Source: Spizellomyces punctatus DAOM BR117 (lineage: Eukaryota). From it: a stretch of DNA of 56,533 nt. Shown one piece after another: positions 15,830 through 29,448 of this stretch. Position 1 is the first letter of the stretch, and every line of letters begins with the position of its first letter. The DNA lies in NCBI GenBank assembly GCA_000182565.2, contig KQ257454.1; one strand, given 5' to 3'. The notes beneath the pieces were generated by a model, which was given only the letters and a program-made list of their open reading frames with translations, was not told the DNA's origin and made no database searches. A program made the translations under genes and the position numbers.

Positions 15830-17682
15830 CCAGTTTTTTCTTTGCGATCTATGCTTGAAATTGGTTTTTGGAAGTGATCCGCGCATACGAAGAATACGCG
15901 GTTCCACATGCAAAGGGACATCATGTGGAATGCTGAGGTGTACCATCCCACGTTCAGAGCCATCTTATTGAGCGCACATGCCATGATGCGTGTCAGAGTC
16001 GGCGGTTTCCATATTCCTTACTTGACTGTCAACAATGAAATCAACAAAAGCAAAGAACAAAGCTTGAATTAGATAGTTATACTTACCTGACGGGGTGATG
16101 TGCTACAGTGGTGCAATAATGCATCTTTATACACGGAATGCGTGAAAATACCGTAATTTGTATGGAAGATATAGTGCAATCAAAGACTTTTTTAACGGGA
16201 TATATGCATAATAAGAATATAGAGTTGCGCGCACGCATTCCCCGTCCTAGTATTGAGTTACTTGACCATACGTGCGTAGGTAAACAAAATCCGTTTTTGC
16301 CCTAGACCAAAAGACACTGATCGCTAGACACACGATCTGTCCCCATTCATCGTGATTTTAACCATCACGTAAAGTTATAAACTTTTGAACATTTCAGAAC
16401 ACGGTGAAAGGTGTCCTTTGACCATAACTGCCCAATGCCTGTTTTACGTTCAAAAGAGGACAACCATGTATTTCACTTGTTCGATCTGGGACACACACAT
16501 TTCGTTTTAACACTGGTCATTTGCCCGGAGCATCGTCGGAGGCATATTCCTTATAAATCTGCGATCGGAACTGAATCTTCCAAACATCAATGTCGTTTCC
16601 ATGTGAGGTGTCCAGATGCGACATAACAAATGTTCGGCTGTTGATTGTTTTAGATATTGTTCATTCTCCCAAAACCGTGGGCCTTATTCGCGGTATTCAA
16701 AACATGAAGATAAGACCTTCACTATTCTAGAAGCTCAGTTAAGTATGATCAAAACATCATCGCTTCAAAGTCTATTAAATGCTCTTCCCCAAAAAAATAT
16801 AACCCATAATACGAACTATCACTTTTTTGAACCAAAGTTTTGATGGTACCCGACGGTTCGGATATTGGTAAGTCACGCACCCACAACTAAGTTCTCGGTC
16901 AACAAACCCATATAGTTGGGCTGGGCCTTGACTGTTCCTGGCCCTTTGCCTTAGACCCTGATGCATACTTTTTACGTCAAATAAGACAGTGGAATATACG
17001 AATACATACATTAAGCGTGTTTGACGGTATCCGACAATGAAAGGGTGAGGTACGCAAACCAGATGCTAAAGCGATTGCGACAAAGAGATAGATCATAGGG
17101 CAGAGACCAGTCTTGGACCCCAAGGGTAGAGGGAACAGTTGAGTTCCTTTCTTCTGCATTGAAGGACCCTCACGGCGTCCTCCGCTGCGACGTTGCCTTG
17201 TACGCCCGTTTCCCGGGGACATGACCCAGCTGGACAATGGCGCCCTAAAGACAATGCTTGCTACCATCAACGATCAACGGGAAAACAACTTTGGTAATTC
17301 CAGATGGATTCAGTATGTGGGGCTCAATGCCACGTTGAGACCGTTATCACAACAATTCCTTAAGCTCGAAATAGACTCATATATTCCGAACCCGTATTTG
17401 CATTACAGTCTCCTGATTTGAACAAGGGATCAAGGCAAGAGGGACCATTCAAGCCCAGCCGAAAAAAGCCAAGACCCTCTTGGAGAGCTCCGCAATGTCT
17501 CCCCGCACACCGTCATCATCAACGCCTAAACTGGGGTCGAAAATCAACAGGTCGAGGGTGCCAATTCCGAAAAAGAACGATATAAAGCGGGTCCATATTT
17601 TAATTTTTTGCAAGTTGCAATTCATATATCCTACATATATGCACAAGGACACATTTGCCGCGACAACATTTTACACTTTGAC

Positions 17683-18579
17683 ATGGCTGTTTCGAGCGGA
17701 AGTCAGGATACCCTCTACTTTCTTATCCTCTTTCTCGTCTTCTCCCTAGGTCTCCTAGCCTTCACTATCCGCCTCTGTTACCATGGCACGAGCAACATCT
17801 TGATGAAAACGTTAATACTTCAAAGCATTTTGACCGTCGGCTACTTTGTCGACCGACTGGCAATTGTCATTTATAGCGGTGACCCAACCTGTGGGATTCT
17901 GACGGTCGGCAACGGACTCGTCATATGGTACTCTTCTCTTGGAATCTTTTACTTGATTCAATCGCAAAAGGCTCGCGCACTCTGCCAAAGCCTGTTCCCA
18001 CAAGTAAACAAGCATGTCTTTACTGCGATGCAAGTGGGCGTCATGTTGGTCTGGTGCATTCACGTCATTATCGTCGCCTTACGGAGTCATATCCGGTCGT
18101 GCACGGTCGTCTACGAGGGTCTCGTTGCCGATTTCGCTTGCGCGATCGTGATACAAACCTACCTCCTCATCCAAGACATTGTTATTCTCTTCAAACTCAA
18201 ACAAGGCTGGGCAAGGATAAACACAAGATGGTCCACGATGCAACTCGATCTCCTAAAGGAATCAACCCTCATGATGATCTTCCTGGTCAGCTCCAACATT
18301 TACGTCTACTACATCTATATACCGACCGTCGCGTATATAATATGGTACATGCAGATCTTTTTATTCTGCTACCTCTCATACTCGACGCTCCAAAACATCC
18401 ACGCGACCAAGGACTTGGTACTCTCGGACCTGTCCTCTGGACAAAGGAGGAGCATCCGTCCCGAGGAGGAGATACACATCGCAAAACCCAACGGTAACAT
18501 TCTGCGAGTCGGGGTACCACCAATAGTACCGCAGCGCATACAAAACACTACGGAACACTCTAGTCTCGAGGAAGTGTGA
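17683..18579 (+). CDS. Orphan seven-transmembrane, GPCR-like protein, intronless
   Basis: Seven hydrophobic segments by eye, a Cys at the start of TM3 (DPTC) and in the loop after TM4 (RSCT), and a polar C-terminal tail. Confidence 0.65.
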   Translation: MAVSSGSQDTLYFLILFLVFSLGLLAFTIRLCYHGTSNILMKTLILQSILTVGYFVDRLAIVIYSGDPTCGILTVGNGLVIWYSSLGIFYLIQSQKARALCQSLFPQVNKHVFTAMQVGVMLVWCIHVIIVALRSHIRSCTVVYEGLVADFACAIVIQTYLLIQDIVILFKLKQGWARINTRWSTMQLDLLKESTLMMIFLVSSNIYVYYIYIPTVAYIIWYMQIFLFCYLSYSTLQNIHATKDLVLSDLSSGQRRSIRPEEEIHIAKPNGNILRVGVPPIVPQRIQNTTEHSSLEEV

Positions 18580-18872
18580 GCGTGCACCTGATCTCTTCTC
18601 CGAAACTTCAGAACGCATGGGTCGTAAGTGACGGAGTATTGCATGGGTAAAATAGACAGCGGAGGATTTTACAAGGGCAGCGGAACCTCTCTAAACATTT
18701 TGAAACCTGATGGCATACCTTGTCTTAGCGTCGTCTCGTAGCATAGATGTGCAGTAGTCGGCACTGTTGCCAATACACTAGAAACGCGCGCGAGCGACGC
18801 GTATTGCATAAGCAGTCTAGGCAGTCTATACTTCATTTCATGCGAGGCAACAATCTTTGCAACTTGCCAACC

Positions 18873-19681
18873 ATGTCCTCCAAGCCAAACGTACCGCCAA
18901 ACGAAGATACACTAGCTAGAACAGCCCACTTTCTCTGCAAAACCTCCCTACCGTAAGTCCTCTCAAGAACACCACATATCAACGCTAACCCAACCCCGAG
19001 AGACCCTCTAATTTGTCTTTTCGAATCAGCTGGCAGTCATGGAAAGAAACCGAACCCGAGCTCTTTTGGTTCTTTGAACGACATTTTCGTGCCTGGTCAT
19101 GCTCGATCAAACTCACAGCCGACGACAAGACCTTCCTTGTCTCCCTCGACCTTCCCAACGACCATGTTGGAAAAATCGAACGAGCCATTAAGGATGGCGT
19201 GTTGGCCATGGAGTTGGATAAGATGCATGGAATTGATCCGGCGCTGAGTAGTGGAAGGAGGGATGTGAGTATTTTGTATTTTTTAGCGTTTTCGTATGCA
19301 GCCATTGATGGGTTGTGGATACATTTTAGGTTAAGATATCCAAATTCCAGGTGAGCATGGCACCTGCCCAGCCCCAAAACCTTAAAACCAAGCACACGAT
19401 GCAAGGTCTCGAGCAACGGCTTCTAGAGCTAGAACTCCGAGAACGAGCTAGATCGATTGATTTGCGAGGTACGTACCCCCACTGGTGCTCTCTTTGTCAT
19501 TCCGTCAATTGAAGGGTATTGTTTCCATTTTTGGCCAGTCATCATGGATCGTTTGCAGAGTTTTCAGGTGGATATCTACAAACGGCTTGAGGGGATGGAA
19601 AAGAAGGTAGATGATACCCTGGCGGGCTTGGCTGTCAAGTGCGATAAGATGGAAAAGGTTGTTGCGCGATATAAAAAGTGA
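18873..19681 (+). CDS. Hypothetical protein with a C-terminal coiled coil (about 4 exons)
   Basis: ORF pieces are bounded by GT-AG sites (MSSKPNVPP... / SFRISWQSWKETEPELFWFF... / ...LEQRLLELELRER / ...KRLEGMEKKVDDTLAGL...). No family recognised. Confidence 0.55.
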
Positions 19682-20158
19682 TGGTTGGGGCTTGCGTCGG
19701 GGTATTATAATAGTTGGATAGCGAGACGGTCATGCTTTGTGGTGAAAGGTGAAGAGTGCAAATACGCTTGTAATTTTTGTGTGCTCGACAAGACTTCATA
19801 TACCATTGATGGCCAGGCACAACAGCAAACCACACATTTTGCAGTTGAGTGACATACAGGCGACCATATTTTGGGAAAACTATCAAATGGACATCATGCG
19901 TAGGAAGGTGGATATACATAATCTTCGTAGCAGAGGTTTAAAAGACCTTGGGGCAATGAGATATCGTAACTGCCAACCCCAGCCATCAGATATGATATCA
20001 AAAATTGTAAACCGTACGTTGGTGACAACGCGGAGATTTTCTCTATCCCTCATCGTAAATAAAACTTTAAATAAACAATGTACGATCCTGATGACCATGT
20101 CAGATCATTCATGCATATGATCCTAAGCACGTTCAACTAATCCCACATTTGTCTAACG

Positions 20159-23100
20159 ATGAGCCATACCACCAAAACCACAGATGCAACTACCAGTCAG
20201 CAAGCACTCAACTCCCTTTTCGCTTCCGTCGCAACAGCTGGGGACCACACTATCAAATTAACGCTAGAATGCCAATATGCCCTGGAAAAAAGTGCGAGTT
20301 TACGTGTTTCCTCACCAAAGATGCAGAGCTAACGTGTGATGGATCAGTCTTGCAGCAGCCGCCTCTCTTTCAGCGATACCTAGCGAGAGAGAAAGAAAAC
20401 AGAGAGGTGAAAAAGAAAAAGAATTCCATGGACGACTATCGTAGGTTTTATATGGTGTATTCAATTGCGGGAGTATTTGAAGGCAAGGTTAGCTCTGGGC
20501 ATTGTCAATTGACACGGATGTGACATGAGTATGCTGACGGTTTAACTCCTAGACTGAAATTCTTTCTTGGGATGGGTCACCCTGGTCTTGGTCAAACGAT
20601 GTGCAAGTTGATTCGGTAAGAAGGCTACCATTTTTTGTTATGAAGACTCTATTCTATAATCGCACCTGCCTCCATCATCTCGCAACAGACATTCTTGGCC
20701 GATCTTTATGATAAGCCCATAAGTGTATCCCTCTATGAGGTCGTCAAAATAGAAGAGCCTGTTGCCCCATCTCGCACCTCCGTCCTTCGTAGAGGTGGCA
20801 AAAAAGCAGCGGGATCCCGTGTCCGACTGAGCGCCGCCCTCGATGCGGACGCACGAAAAAGTTCTATGGAAGCGCTGGCGAAACGGCAATTGATATTGGC
20901 AAATGCAGAGTTGCCCATCAAAGAGAGGTATTCTCTCATTCGCAGAGCATCACTTTTGGGTTTTGGCGCAAAGGCGGATATGGCGGTAGAGGAAGGCGAT
21001 GAAGAAGATGCAGCACAACAGGAGGAAGAGAGCAAAAAGAAAAAGAGCAAACCAGAAAAACAAAAGCCAGCTCGAGAAGCACCAAAATCCAAACCCAAAG
21101 TAGGAAGCCACGAAGATGGGTTTGAACTGAAAACCTTACCCGCAGATACTTCCCTTCGTTATGCTCTTCCGGTGCGGCCACGCACATCATCACCTCGAAG
21201 AAGACCTACCAACCTTGCCGAGCTAGATGATAACTTTGACCTCCGCGAACCAGCTCAGCCTCACCACTATGACAAGCCCGAGCGGCACCTATCCGCACGC
21301 AGTAGGAGCGCAAGAACGCGCCGAAGCCCAGAATCCAGCGAGCACCAGCCATTAAATGCAATGGAAGAAGAACCAGAGCGTGCTCCTCGACGAATGCCAT
21401 CTCTCGAGAGACAGGCAAGACCTCCTCCCAAGCCAACAAAACCATCGCAAAAATCAGCATCGGACATTTCGCCTGCAAAAGAAACTGAAGTAAATAAAGA
21501 GGCTTTAATCGCTCCTCAAGAACCCAGTCGCAAGAAACCCACAGCGACAGAACCTAAACCTCATCCTCGTGTTGTCTCAGAACCACCTGTCGAGAAACCA
21601 GCGCGCCACAAGGCACCCGCACCCCGCGCATCATCGGCCCATGCCAGACCGCCGGTAGCTTCCAAAGACGCTCCTAAAGAAACCAAAAAGAAGAATGAGA
21701 TTCGACATGAGCTTCGAGCACGATTAGAGCTGGATCCCACTGACCTTTTCTGGGGTGATCTGACTGTCGCTACCGAGTACGTGTAAACATTGATATGCCA
21801 ACCGCCGGCAGTGTTGCATCTTCTTTTGAGCTATTTTCCTTGGCTAACTATCACAACTTTTAGAGTCGAGGACAAAGTTGAAGGTCTGGAATTCTGTCGA
21901 ATTGCATTAGCTTTAAGCGCTCCATTATTGTCAAAAGAGCAAGAAGAAGGGTGAGTGTTGCTAACGAATCCGGTGCTTTTATCATCATGTGCTAAAACAA
22001 CTCTCAACAGTCTCAACCCCGTGAGTATCACCCTCCTGGAAGCAGATGGAATGCCAGATAAGCCAGTCTCGTTCGAGGAACTGGACCGCACATGTCTTCC
22101 GGTGTAAGTTTTACTTGGACACGGATATATTCCAAACGACACTGACTCAATCTGTGCATATACAACAGCTTTACCCGCTTCAAATTCTTCAGTGATGCCC
22201 ATACCCATCAGGCATCAACAACCCAACCTCACGGACGACGCATCACATTTAACACACGGCACCTGATATTAGCGGGACTGCTAGACGAAGATAAGTTGAG
22301 GGATGATTTACTGAACAAACGGTTCGTGGTAGAGGTATGTATTGCTACATTGAAACAACAAAGAAGCCTGCTGACTTCGGGAGAACATAGATTCATGATA
22401 GAGATATTCGGCCACCGGGAGATGTCATGTCGATTGCTCAAGGTGGGCAGCGACAGTTTTCATACTTTCATTATAATATCTAAAGCATCTCAGATGTCGG
22501 CGCGAGTAATACAGCTCAAATGAATCTCAACGGCAAGCATTCGTATGGATATGCAAGCTTTTGTAAGTGGCAAGACAAGTTCTTGCAACAAAGCTTGGAA
22601 GGATCTGATTTTTGCGTATCTCTGTGACCTATATAGCCTTAGCAGATTTAGCAATGGGAATGAAGCATGTAGAGTTGATTACTCCTATCCTGCCGGGACG
22701 GCACAGACCAGGTTTGTTTCTGAACATCTAACGGAATATTCCTAAACGTTGTATGCGCATGGCCTTCTTTCCTAACACGATCACCAGCAAGCAGTACCTC
22801 AAGCATTCCTGCAGGACTATGGTTAGAATCCGCCGCAACGTTGTCCATCCGCGTCGAACTCAAATATCCTATTCTTGCCAATACGGCTTCAACTGGCGGA
22901 GCGCTTTCTGAAGGACTCTTTGGAAGAGTCGTTATCGTTACCAGGTGTGTATCATCTCTAATTACTATTCGTATGTGTTATTTTGACGCTTCTATAGCGC
23001 ACAAGACGAGTCCATTGCGGAACTTGTGCATGAGACAATCGTGGCACAGAATTTGAAAGCACTGAATATACAGGCTGAGTCCGAAAAGGAAAGGAGGATG

Positions 23101-24488
23101 ATGTTGGATGCGTACACCCTTTCGGACGAAGATAAGCGCAACGTCGAGCTGGTGAGATATAAAGTATCGACGTGTTGCTGGTGCCGACGCTTCTTCTAAT
23201 AATTGTTCTGATTACGTGGAACTCGGGTCCTAGGATATACTGACAGGTTACCACATCTTTGATTCTCAAATGCGCATACTTCTCGTCGAAGGACTTTTGG
23301 ATGGTGGAACGGCTCACTTATTTGAGATCCTACCAAAGTAGGTTCTCGAAAATCATTGCAGTAGAGAGACAGTCCATTATTAAGCACCTTCACCAGGTCG
23401 GACGCATACCATCTTTGGTACAATCCATCTATAACATTCACCTCACGCATCTGGCTGGCTACACCAGGTCTACTCTACGTCAAGCTTGATCCATCACTTT
23501 CTGAAATAATGAGGCAGACGTCTACCTACTTACGCAAGCGCACATCGTCAGAAAGTTTTGAGTGCTTGGAGATTTTGAATCAGGTGTGTGGGAGGTACAT
23601 TTTCCTTGGTGATAGATGCTCACTTTTTCACTGACCATGGATGACAGATTCTTCACCTCGACTCTTCGTCCACTCCTACACCCATTGGTCACTATCCGAG
23701 CACGGATTTGATCAATGCGGTTGCTGAAAACTTTGGGCAAGTAGTGCCGTTTGAAGTGGCGGCACCCAAGGCGGGGCGAAAGATTCGTCGAATGATGGAG
23801 AGGAATGGGTCGGGTGGACTGTCCCTCAGTGATGTAGATGAACATGATCAGGTGGGTTCAGACGGAGGCCTGTCTGATCCAGAGACCCTTCTAAACTCCA
23901 TACAAAGGCATCAAGGACCTCGTTGGCGACATTTGGGTCAGGGTCCAGCGTGCGTGGAATGGCAGAAAGAGGAGAAAAACGCGTAGCAGCTACAAATGAG
24001 GATTTTGAGCAATGGCTGGCCTTCCGCAGCTTGCGACAGCCAAACTTTTTGGCTATCAATGTGAGAGTACGTTTGACCACAATGTTTGCATTCAACCATC
24101 ACATTCAAAAGCGGACATGCTCTATAGCAATTTAAGGGTGTACGCCGGCCACCAAGAGAACGTGATTATCAAGAGAATCCCGTGCACAACTACTCTATGC
24201 AAACATTTTCGACTACAGCTGCACAGCTTAAAAGTCTGCGAGCACGAATGGAAGAGGTAGGTTACCATGGAACCTATGCTATTGAGGCAAAAGTTTTCAA
24301 AAAATTCCTTGCTCTTTTAGGATGGTCAGACAGTCTTCTCCTACGGTGGCAAGTTCCTCTCACAATTGATTTCACAAGTGGATTACGATCAAGAGATTCG
24401 AAAGGAAATGGTAGAGAGTAGGAGAAAATGGATCACAAAGGATGGATTTCGACCTGCACCTTATGGTAGATGTACATTCACAACCTAG
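20159..24488 (+). CDS. CFAP92: CFAP92/KIAA1257 (DUF4550)-like cilia- and flagella-associated protein, multi-exon
   Basis: LNPVSITLLEADGMPDKPVSFEELDRTCLP...PHGRRITFNTRHLILAG...FVVEIHDRD resembles the conserved CFAP92 core. C-terminal RRKWITKDGF; many GT-AG introns. Confidence 0.7.
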
Positions 24489-24811
24489 CGGGTTTGAGAT
24501 GATCCTATATATTTAGGAGTTAGAGTGCTCTGGTTTGTTTAGATCTGCGTAGCGTCGTATAGAAGTAGGAAGCATCCTGCAGCAAGTCAGATGCTGAGTA
24601 AGCGAACCAATCGGAAAGCGCGTGGCTTGATATTCATTAAGACAATAATGGCAATTCTGCTTAGCACCTTTTTCTCATGGCAACTAATTCAAGGCAAGAA
24701 TCGGAACAAGGATCTCAAGAGGAGCCGCCTTCACCTTACGCACGCGACAACTTACAGGCTCCCTTGCATTTTGGCCTGTCCTTCCCCCTAGCTCTATTCC
24801 TATTGGCAAAC

Positions 24812-25562
24812 ATGAACCGCCTCGTCCGTCTGGTACCAGCAGTAACCCGGGCTGTAGGAGTCACCCCTCGTGGTATGTTTTTTTTTGAAAGTGATTGGAA
24901 AACGCGCGAAGGGGTTCCATCAGGCCGATTATGAACACCGGCGCATGATGGGCTGTATAGCTGGGTTCTTTGGAGGATGGTGCTTTGGTACATGAACGTC
25001 CATTGAACAGCGAACTAATCTGGTTTATGCTCTTCCTCTTCTGCGTAATCGCCATTACCATCACACATTGGGACCCTATGCTGTGCTTCTTTCGTGATAT
25101 TTGATAGCCGCCTGTGCCATTCCTACCATTGGCCGTCGTACCATGGCTGGACCTGCTCTCCACACTGACCTCGATGCCACCCTGGCAAACTACCCAACGG
25201 CGCATGACCTTGACCCCTCCGACAAGTCTGACTACGAGAAGTACGTTACCTACTGGCGCCGCCACTTCCAAAGCGTGGAAGATGACTTTGAACTGGAGAG
25301 GGGTCTCAACCACATCTTCTCCACCGACTGGGTTCCTTCCGTCGAGGTGATTTCGGACGCCCTCCAGGCCACACGTAAGCTTAACTCTTTTGCCACAGCT
25401 GTACGGTTGTTGGAGGCTTTAGAGGGAAAGGCACACAGCAAGGACCAGTATGCGAATTACTTGAAGGAGCTTAAGCCCTTGTTGGAGGAGTTGGGTGTGG
25501 TTGAGAAGAAGGACTTGGGTGCTTTTGATTTCGTAAGGGAGAAGAGGTGGTGGATGGAATAG
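24812..25562 (+). CDS. COX5A: Cytochrome c oxidase subunit Va (yeast Cox6), 1 intron
   Basis: Presequence-like exon 1. Motifs FELERGLNHIFSTDWVPSVEVISDALQATRKLNSFATAVRLLEAL and YLKELKPLLEELGV. Confidence 0.9.
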
Positions 25563-26081
25563 ATTTGCACATGTTTTTTTTTGAAAGAATAGCATGGCAG
25601 AAATGGTGAGATTTTATGTGAGCATTGTATCTGATCAGACTTGGACTAACATGCTGTTCCCAGGCGCAGGTGTACTAGATCCGCGTCAATAAAATATGAT
25701 CACTCGATTCACATCCATTTGATTGCTCGTAATTATTTTAAAATACTTGTTGACTATCACTGTGATTGCACAGTGCAATTCTATGCTCTTGGAATGACCC
25801 ACGGTTGCCGTTGAAAATGTGGATGACAATGTGGATTGTACTACAATATCTGGGATCGCTCATTGGATATTTCTTCCCACCAGCTAACCATGATGATCTT
25901 CCAAATATCTTCGTGCCGTAGTCCATTTTATTGATGATCTGGTAGGGCCCTTCACATATCGTGCATGTTTTACGTACAGTTTTCGCTTGCAAACTTCCAA
26001 AATATGTGGCGCGGGTGGCTTGAGCCTGAAAGTCAGCTTTTCGAGATCTCCCCTACTCGTCATAGAACACTCTCCATTTCC

Positions 26082-27961
26082 ATGGCCAGAGACAAACGCA
26101 AGAAACGAAAAGACCACGCTGCAAAGAAGGCAGCCGCAAAGTCCTACAAGTCTCAAAAGCAGGCTGAAAAGGCGGAGCGAAAGAATGCTCGACATAATGC
26201 AAAGTTTGAAGAAGACGACGAGGATATAGACCTTATTTTGAAGCAGTTTGAGGCCGAGGAAAAGAAGAAGTATGAGGTATATAAAGAGTGCTCATAATGC
26301 TGTAAAATATTTGAGCTGAAGAGATGAGTAACAGCCATAAAAGGTAACAGAAGAAATATCCGCAGATCCCCCGTCACCGCGCGCAAATGCTTCGTTCGTT
26401 GCGAGCCCTCTAAGCCAGCCAGTGCTATATCTCTTTGGCGGCGAGCACTATGACGGAAACAAGCTACGAGTCTTTAATGAATTATACAAGTAAGCAGTCC
26501 AGTCAGTCAACCCACCTTTTGAAGTGCTCACCGTTGTTTCGAAAAAGGTACCGCATCGACAAACAAGAATGGCGAAAGATTGTATCGGCGTATGCTCCTG
26601 GCCCAAGGAGTGGTCATCAAACTGTTGCACTGAATAATGGAAAGCTTCTTGTCTTTGCCGGAGAGTTTGGTTAGTACCCGCACTGGATTCTACTCTTCAC
26701 CGGTATTCAAACATTGGCCACCAGCCTCTTCTACCCAGAGTCAATTCCATCACTGGAAGGTGAGCACCGTACACCTGTACGAAATATTTGAAACAGCGCA
26801 CTGATAGCTAGCAGGATTGCTGGACTTTTGATGTGAAAGAAAATAAGTGGGAAAAGCTTGACATCCCAACACCGCCTCCAAGATCAGGACATCGGATGAC
26901 AGTGTGGAAGAACTTTGTTATCATGTTTGGAGGTGTGTGGTGTATCTTTCATTTATCTCTGTGACGTTACTTACAGTCCGATGTCCATTGATAGGATTCT
27001 ACGATAACTACAAAACAACCAAATATTATGACGATCTGTGGATATTTGACTGCAATGAGTACAAATGGGAGAAGGTAGAGCTCCCTGCATTATCCTCCAA
27101 ACCTACGTAAGTAGGAGTGATTTTCCACAACTGAGTGACGGGTGGCAGGCTGACATGAGCCGTGTAGTGCCCGATCTGGTTTCCAATTTTTTACGTATGG
27201 AGACATTTGCTTTCTATATGGAGGCTATTGCAAGACACAAGTGGACGGAGAGCGCGAACAGGGCGTGGTTCATTCAGGTGCATACCAAGACGTGCCAAAT
27301 GTTTCCGAACTTTAAGTTGACACATTGTCTAGATATGTGGATCCTGCACATGTCCACCGATATGAGTGCGCTACGCTGGGAGCGCGTTAAGAAATCCGGT
27401 ACGCCACCGCCGGCCCGAGCAGGTTGTACCATGACGGTACACAAGAACAGGGCTATTTTGTTTGGAGGGGTAGAAGATGACGAGGAGGCAGGAGATGTAA
27501 GCGTATCCCGTAATGACATGTTTAGCTTTGCGCTTGAAGGGAAAAAGTGGTTTCCCTTCACTTTGAAGAAACCAAAGGAAGCGGAAGGTGGGAAGAGGAG
27601 ACGAAGAGCAAAGGCGCCAACTGGTGAAGAGGAGGTCGAGCAGGGGGAGGGGGAGGATGACACATTGGCCGACGGCCAAGCGTCAGAAGAAAATATCCCG
27701 CATCCAAGGTATAACGCGATGTTAACTGTTTACCGCAGTACCCTGTACCTCTACGGTGGGCTTTTTGAGGAGCGCAAAAAAGAGTTTACCTTGGATGACA
27801 TGTGGACTCTGAACTTGGACAAAGGAGGTCCATGGGAAACTGTGATCAAGGGCGGCTGGGAAAGGGGAAAGGAGACCCAAGGTGCGAAGGATGGCGAGGC
27901 AGACGAGAATAGTAGTGCGGAGGATAGTGATGGCGATAGTGGCGATAGCGATAGTGATTAG
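26082..27961 (+). CDS. KLHDC4: Kelch-repeat protein KLHDC4/Kel3, multi-exon
   Basis: Basic N-terminus, DIDLILKQFEAEE, PSPRANAS, LFGGEH, PGPRSGHQ, SQFHHWKD, PPRSGHRM, LYLYGG...EFTLDDMW. Confidence 0.85.
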
Positions 27962-28074
27962 CATAGCAAATACCACTAGTTTTGGAACGTTGTATTTAAG
28001 TTAGCGTCTTCAATTCCAGATCTCAAACCATGGCACCTTAGTCGTCATTCTAGTAGTGTTCAGCCCACGACACT

Positions 28075-29301
28075 TCAAGACTGCTTTTGTCTCTCCCCTT
28101 TTACTTGCCACAATCCAAGTAGGTAATTCAGTCTAATCACCAGTAAGTCTACCAACATTACAACTGAATCCCTGACCAGTGACATTTTTGTCCCTTCTAC
28201 CTCGTGCCAGTTCACAGGAACTTCCACAATGGGGATCCCGAGATTCAAAGCAATGAGAAGCAATTCAATGTCAAAAATCCACCCTTCAGCGTGCATATTT
28301 GGGAAGATGGAACGGGCCGCGCCTCGCGTTAGAAGCTTGAATCCACATTGTGTATCCTTTATGGACGCAATGCCGAGAATGAAAAGAACAGTATGGAACC
28401 CATGCATGAGAAAATTGCGGATGAAAGATCGCTGAATACAGAGGCAGGAGTTAGTTACCGGAATGTGAAGGGTGAACACATCTCACCTACCTTTACGACG
28501 GCGTCAGATTTCACCATATGTGCCCGTGACCCGACAGCGACTCCAAGCCCGTTCCGTGAAACGGCATCAAGACGCGCTTCGAGCTCCTCTACGTCAGAAA
28601 ACCGTGTAGCACCGTCAGCGTCGGCAAAGAGGAGCTTCTGACCTCTCGAAACCAACATCCCCTAAACCCCAATTAGAATACCAATGATCCCTTAATAGGT
28701 CGCTTCTTCCAAATGAACTAACCTGCGTTACCGCCCCTCCCTTTCTCGGTCTTTTCAACGTCATCACTCTATATCCGCCAACCGCCAATTTCTCCCCCAA
28801 GCTCGTCGAATGGCGTNNNNNNNNNNNNNNNNNNNNNNNNNNNNNNNNNNNNNNNNNNNNNNNNNNNNNNNNNNNNNNNNNNNNNNNNNNNNNNNNNNNN
28901 NNNNNNNNNNNNNNNNAACTCCATCGCACTCGACTTGTGTCATCCCCACTCCCGTCATCCACGATAATAATTTCATACAGGAAATCCTTCTCTCGCTGCG
29001 TCCGGTTGTCCAAGTATTCCACTGTCTCTTTCAACATACTCGGAAGTCGGGCTGTCTCTTTATATGCTGGGACAATAACTGAAAGGGATATGCGCTTGCC
29101 GTTCACATATTGTGGTTCACTGAGGAGGGAGGGAAAGCGTGTACGGGTCCCAGTGCCAGCATCAAGGTAGTAGACCTCATTCTCAGTCGCAGGTCGCGGA
29201 CGGGGAGAGACGATATAGAGAGCTACCACGAGGATACCCAAGAGAACGACAGCGAGTACACTTAACTCTGCCGGAACGGTCAGAGTTGAGACGATGCCCA
29301 T
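28075..29301 (-). CDS. ALG5: Dolichyl-phosphate beta-glucosyltransferase, multi-exon, spanning an assembly gap
   Basis: N-terminal TM helix; [71 protein letters not shown]. Confidence 0.93.
28817..28916. other. Assembly gap (100 N)
   Basis: Run of N. Confidence 1.
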
Positions 29302-29448
29302 TATGGGCGTCCGTAAGCTTGGAGGAGGGCCGCAGTGGAACGGTACCGAGTTGATGACACTTGCTGTGCATGGTATCCATAGTTACAACCTGGTGCTGAC
29401 CAAGACCCATTAACTGCGACAACCGCCAAGATCTGCAGATGATGCGAG

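Noticed and set aside
16079-16250. ATACTTACCTG resembling the U1 snRNA 5' end, with GACGGGG/CCCCGTC complementarity
   Set aside because: No U1-70K loop (GATCACGAAG) or U1A loop (ATTGCAC) in the right places. The motif is also simply a minus-strand CAG/GTAAGT splice donor.
16980-17600. Coding-like fragments upstream of the 7TM gene
   Set aside because: Interrupted by stops, with no consistent splice model and no recognisable family.
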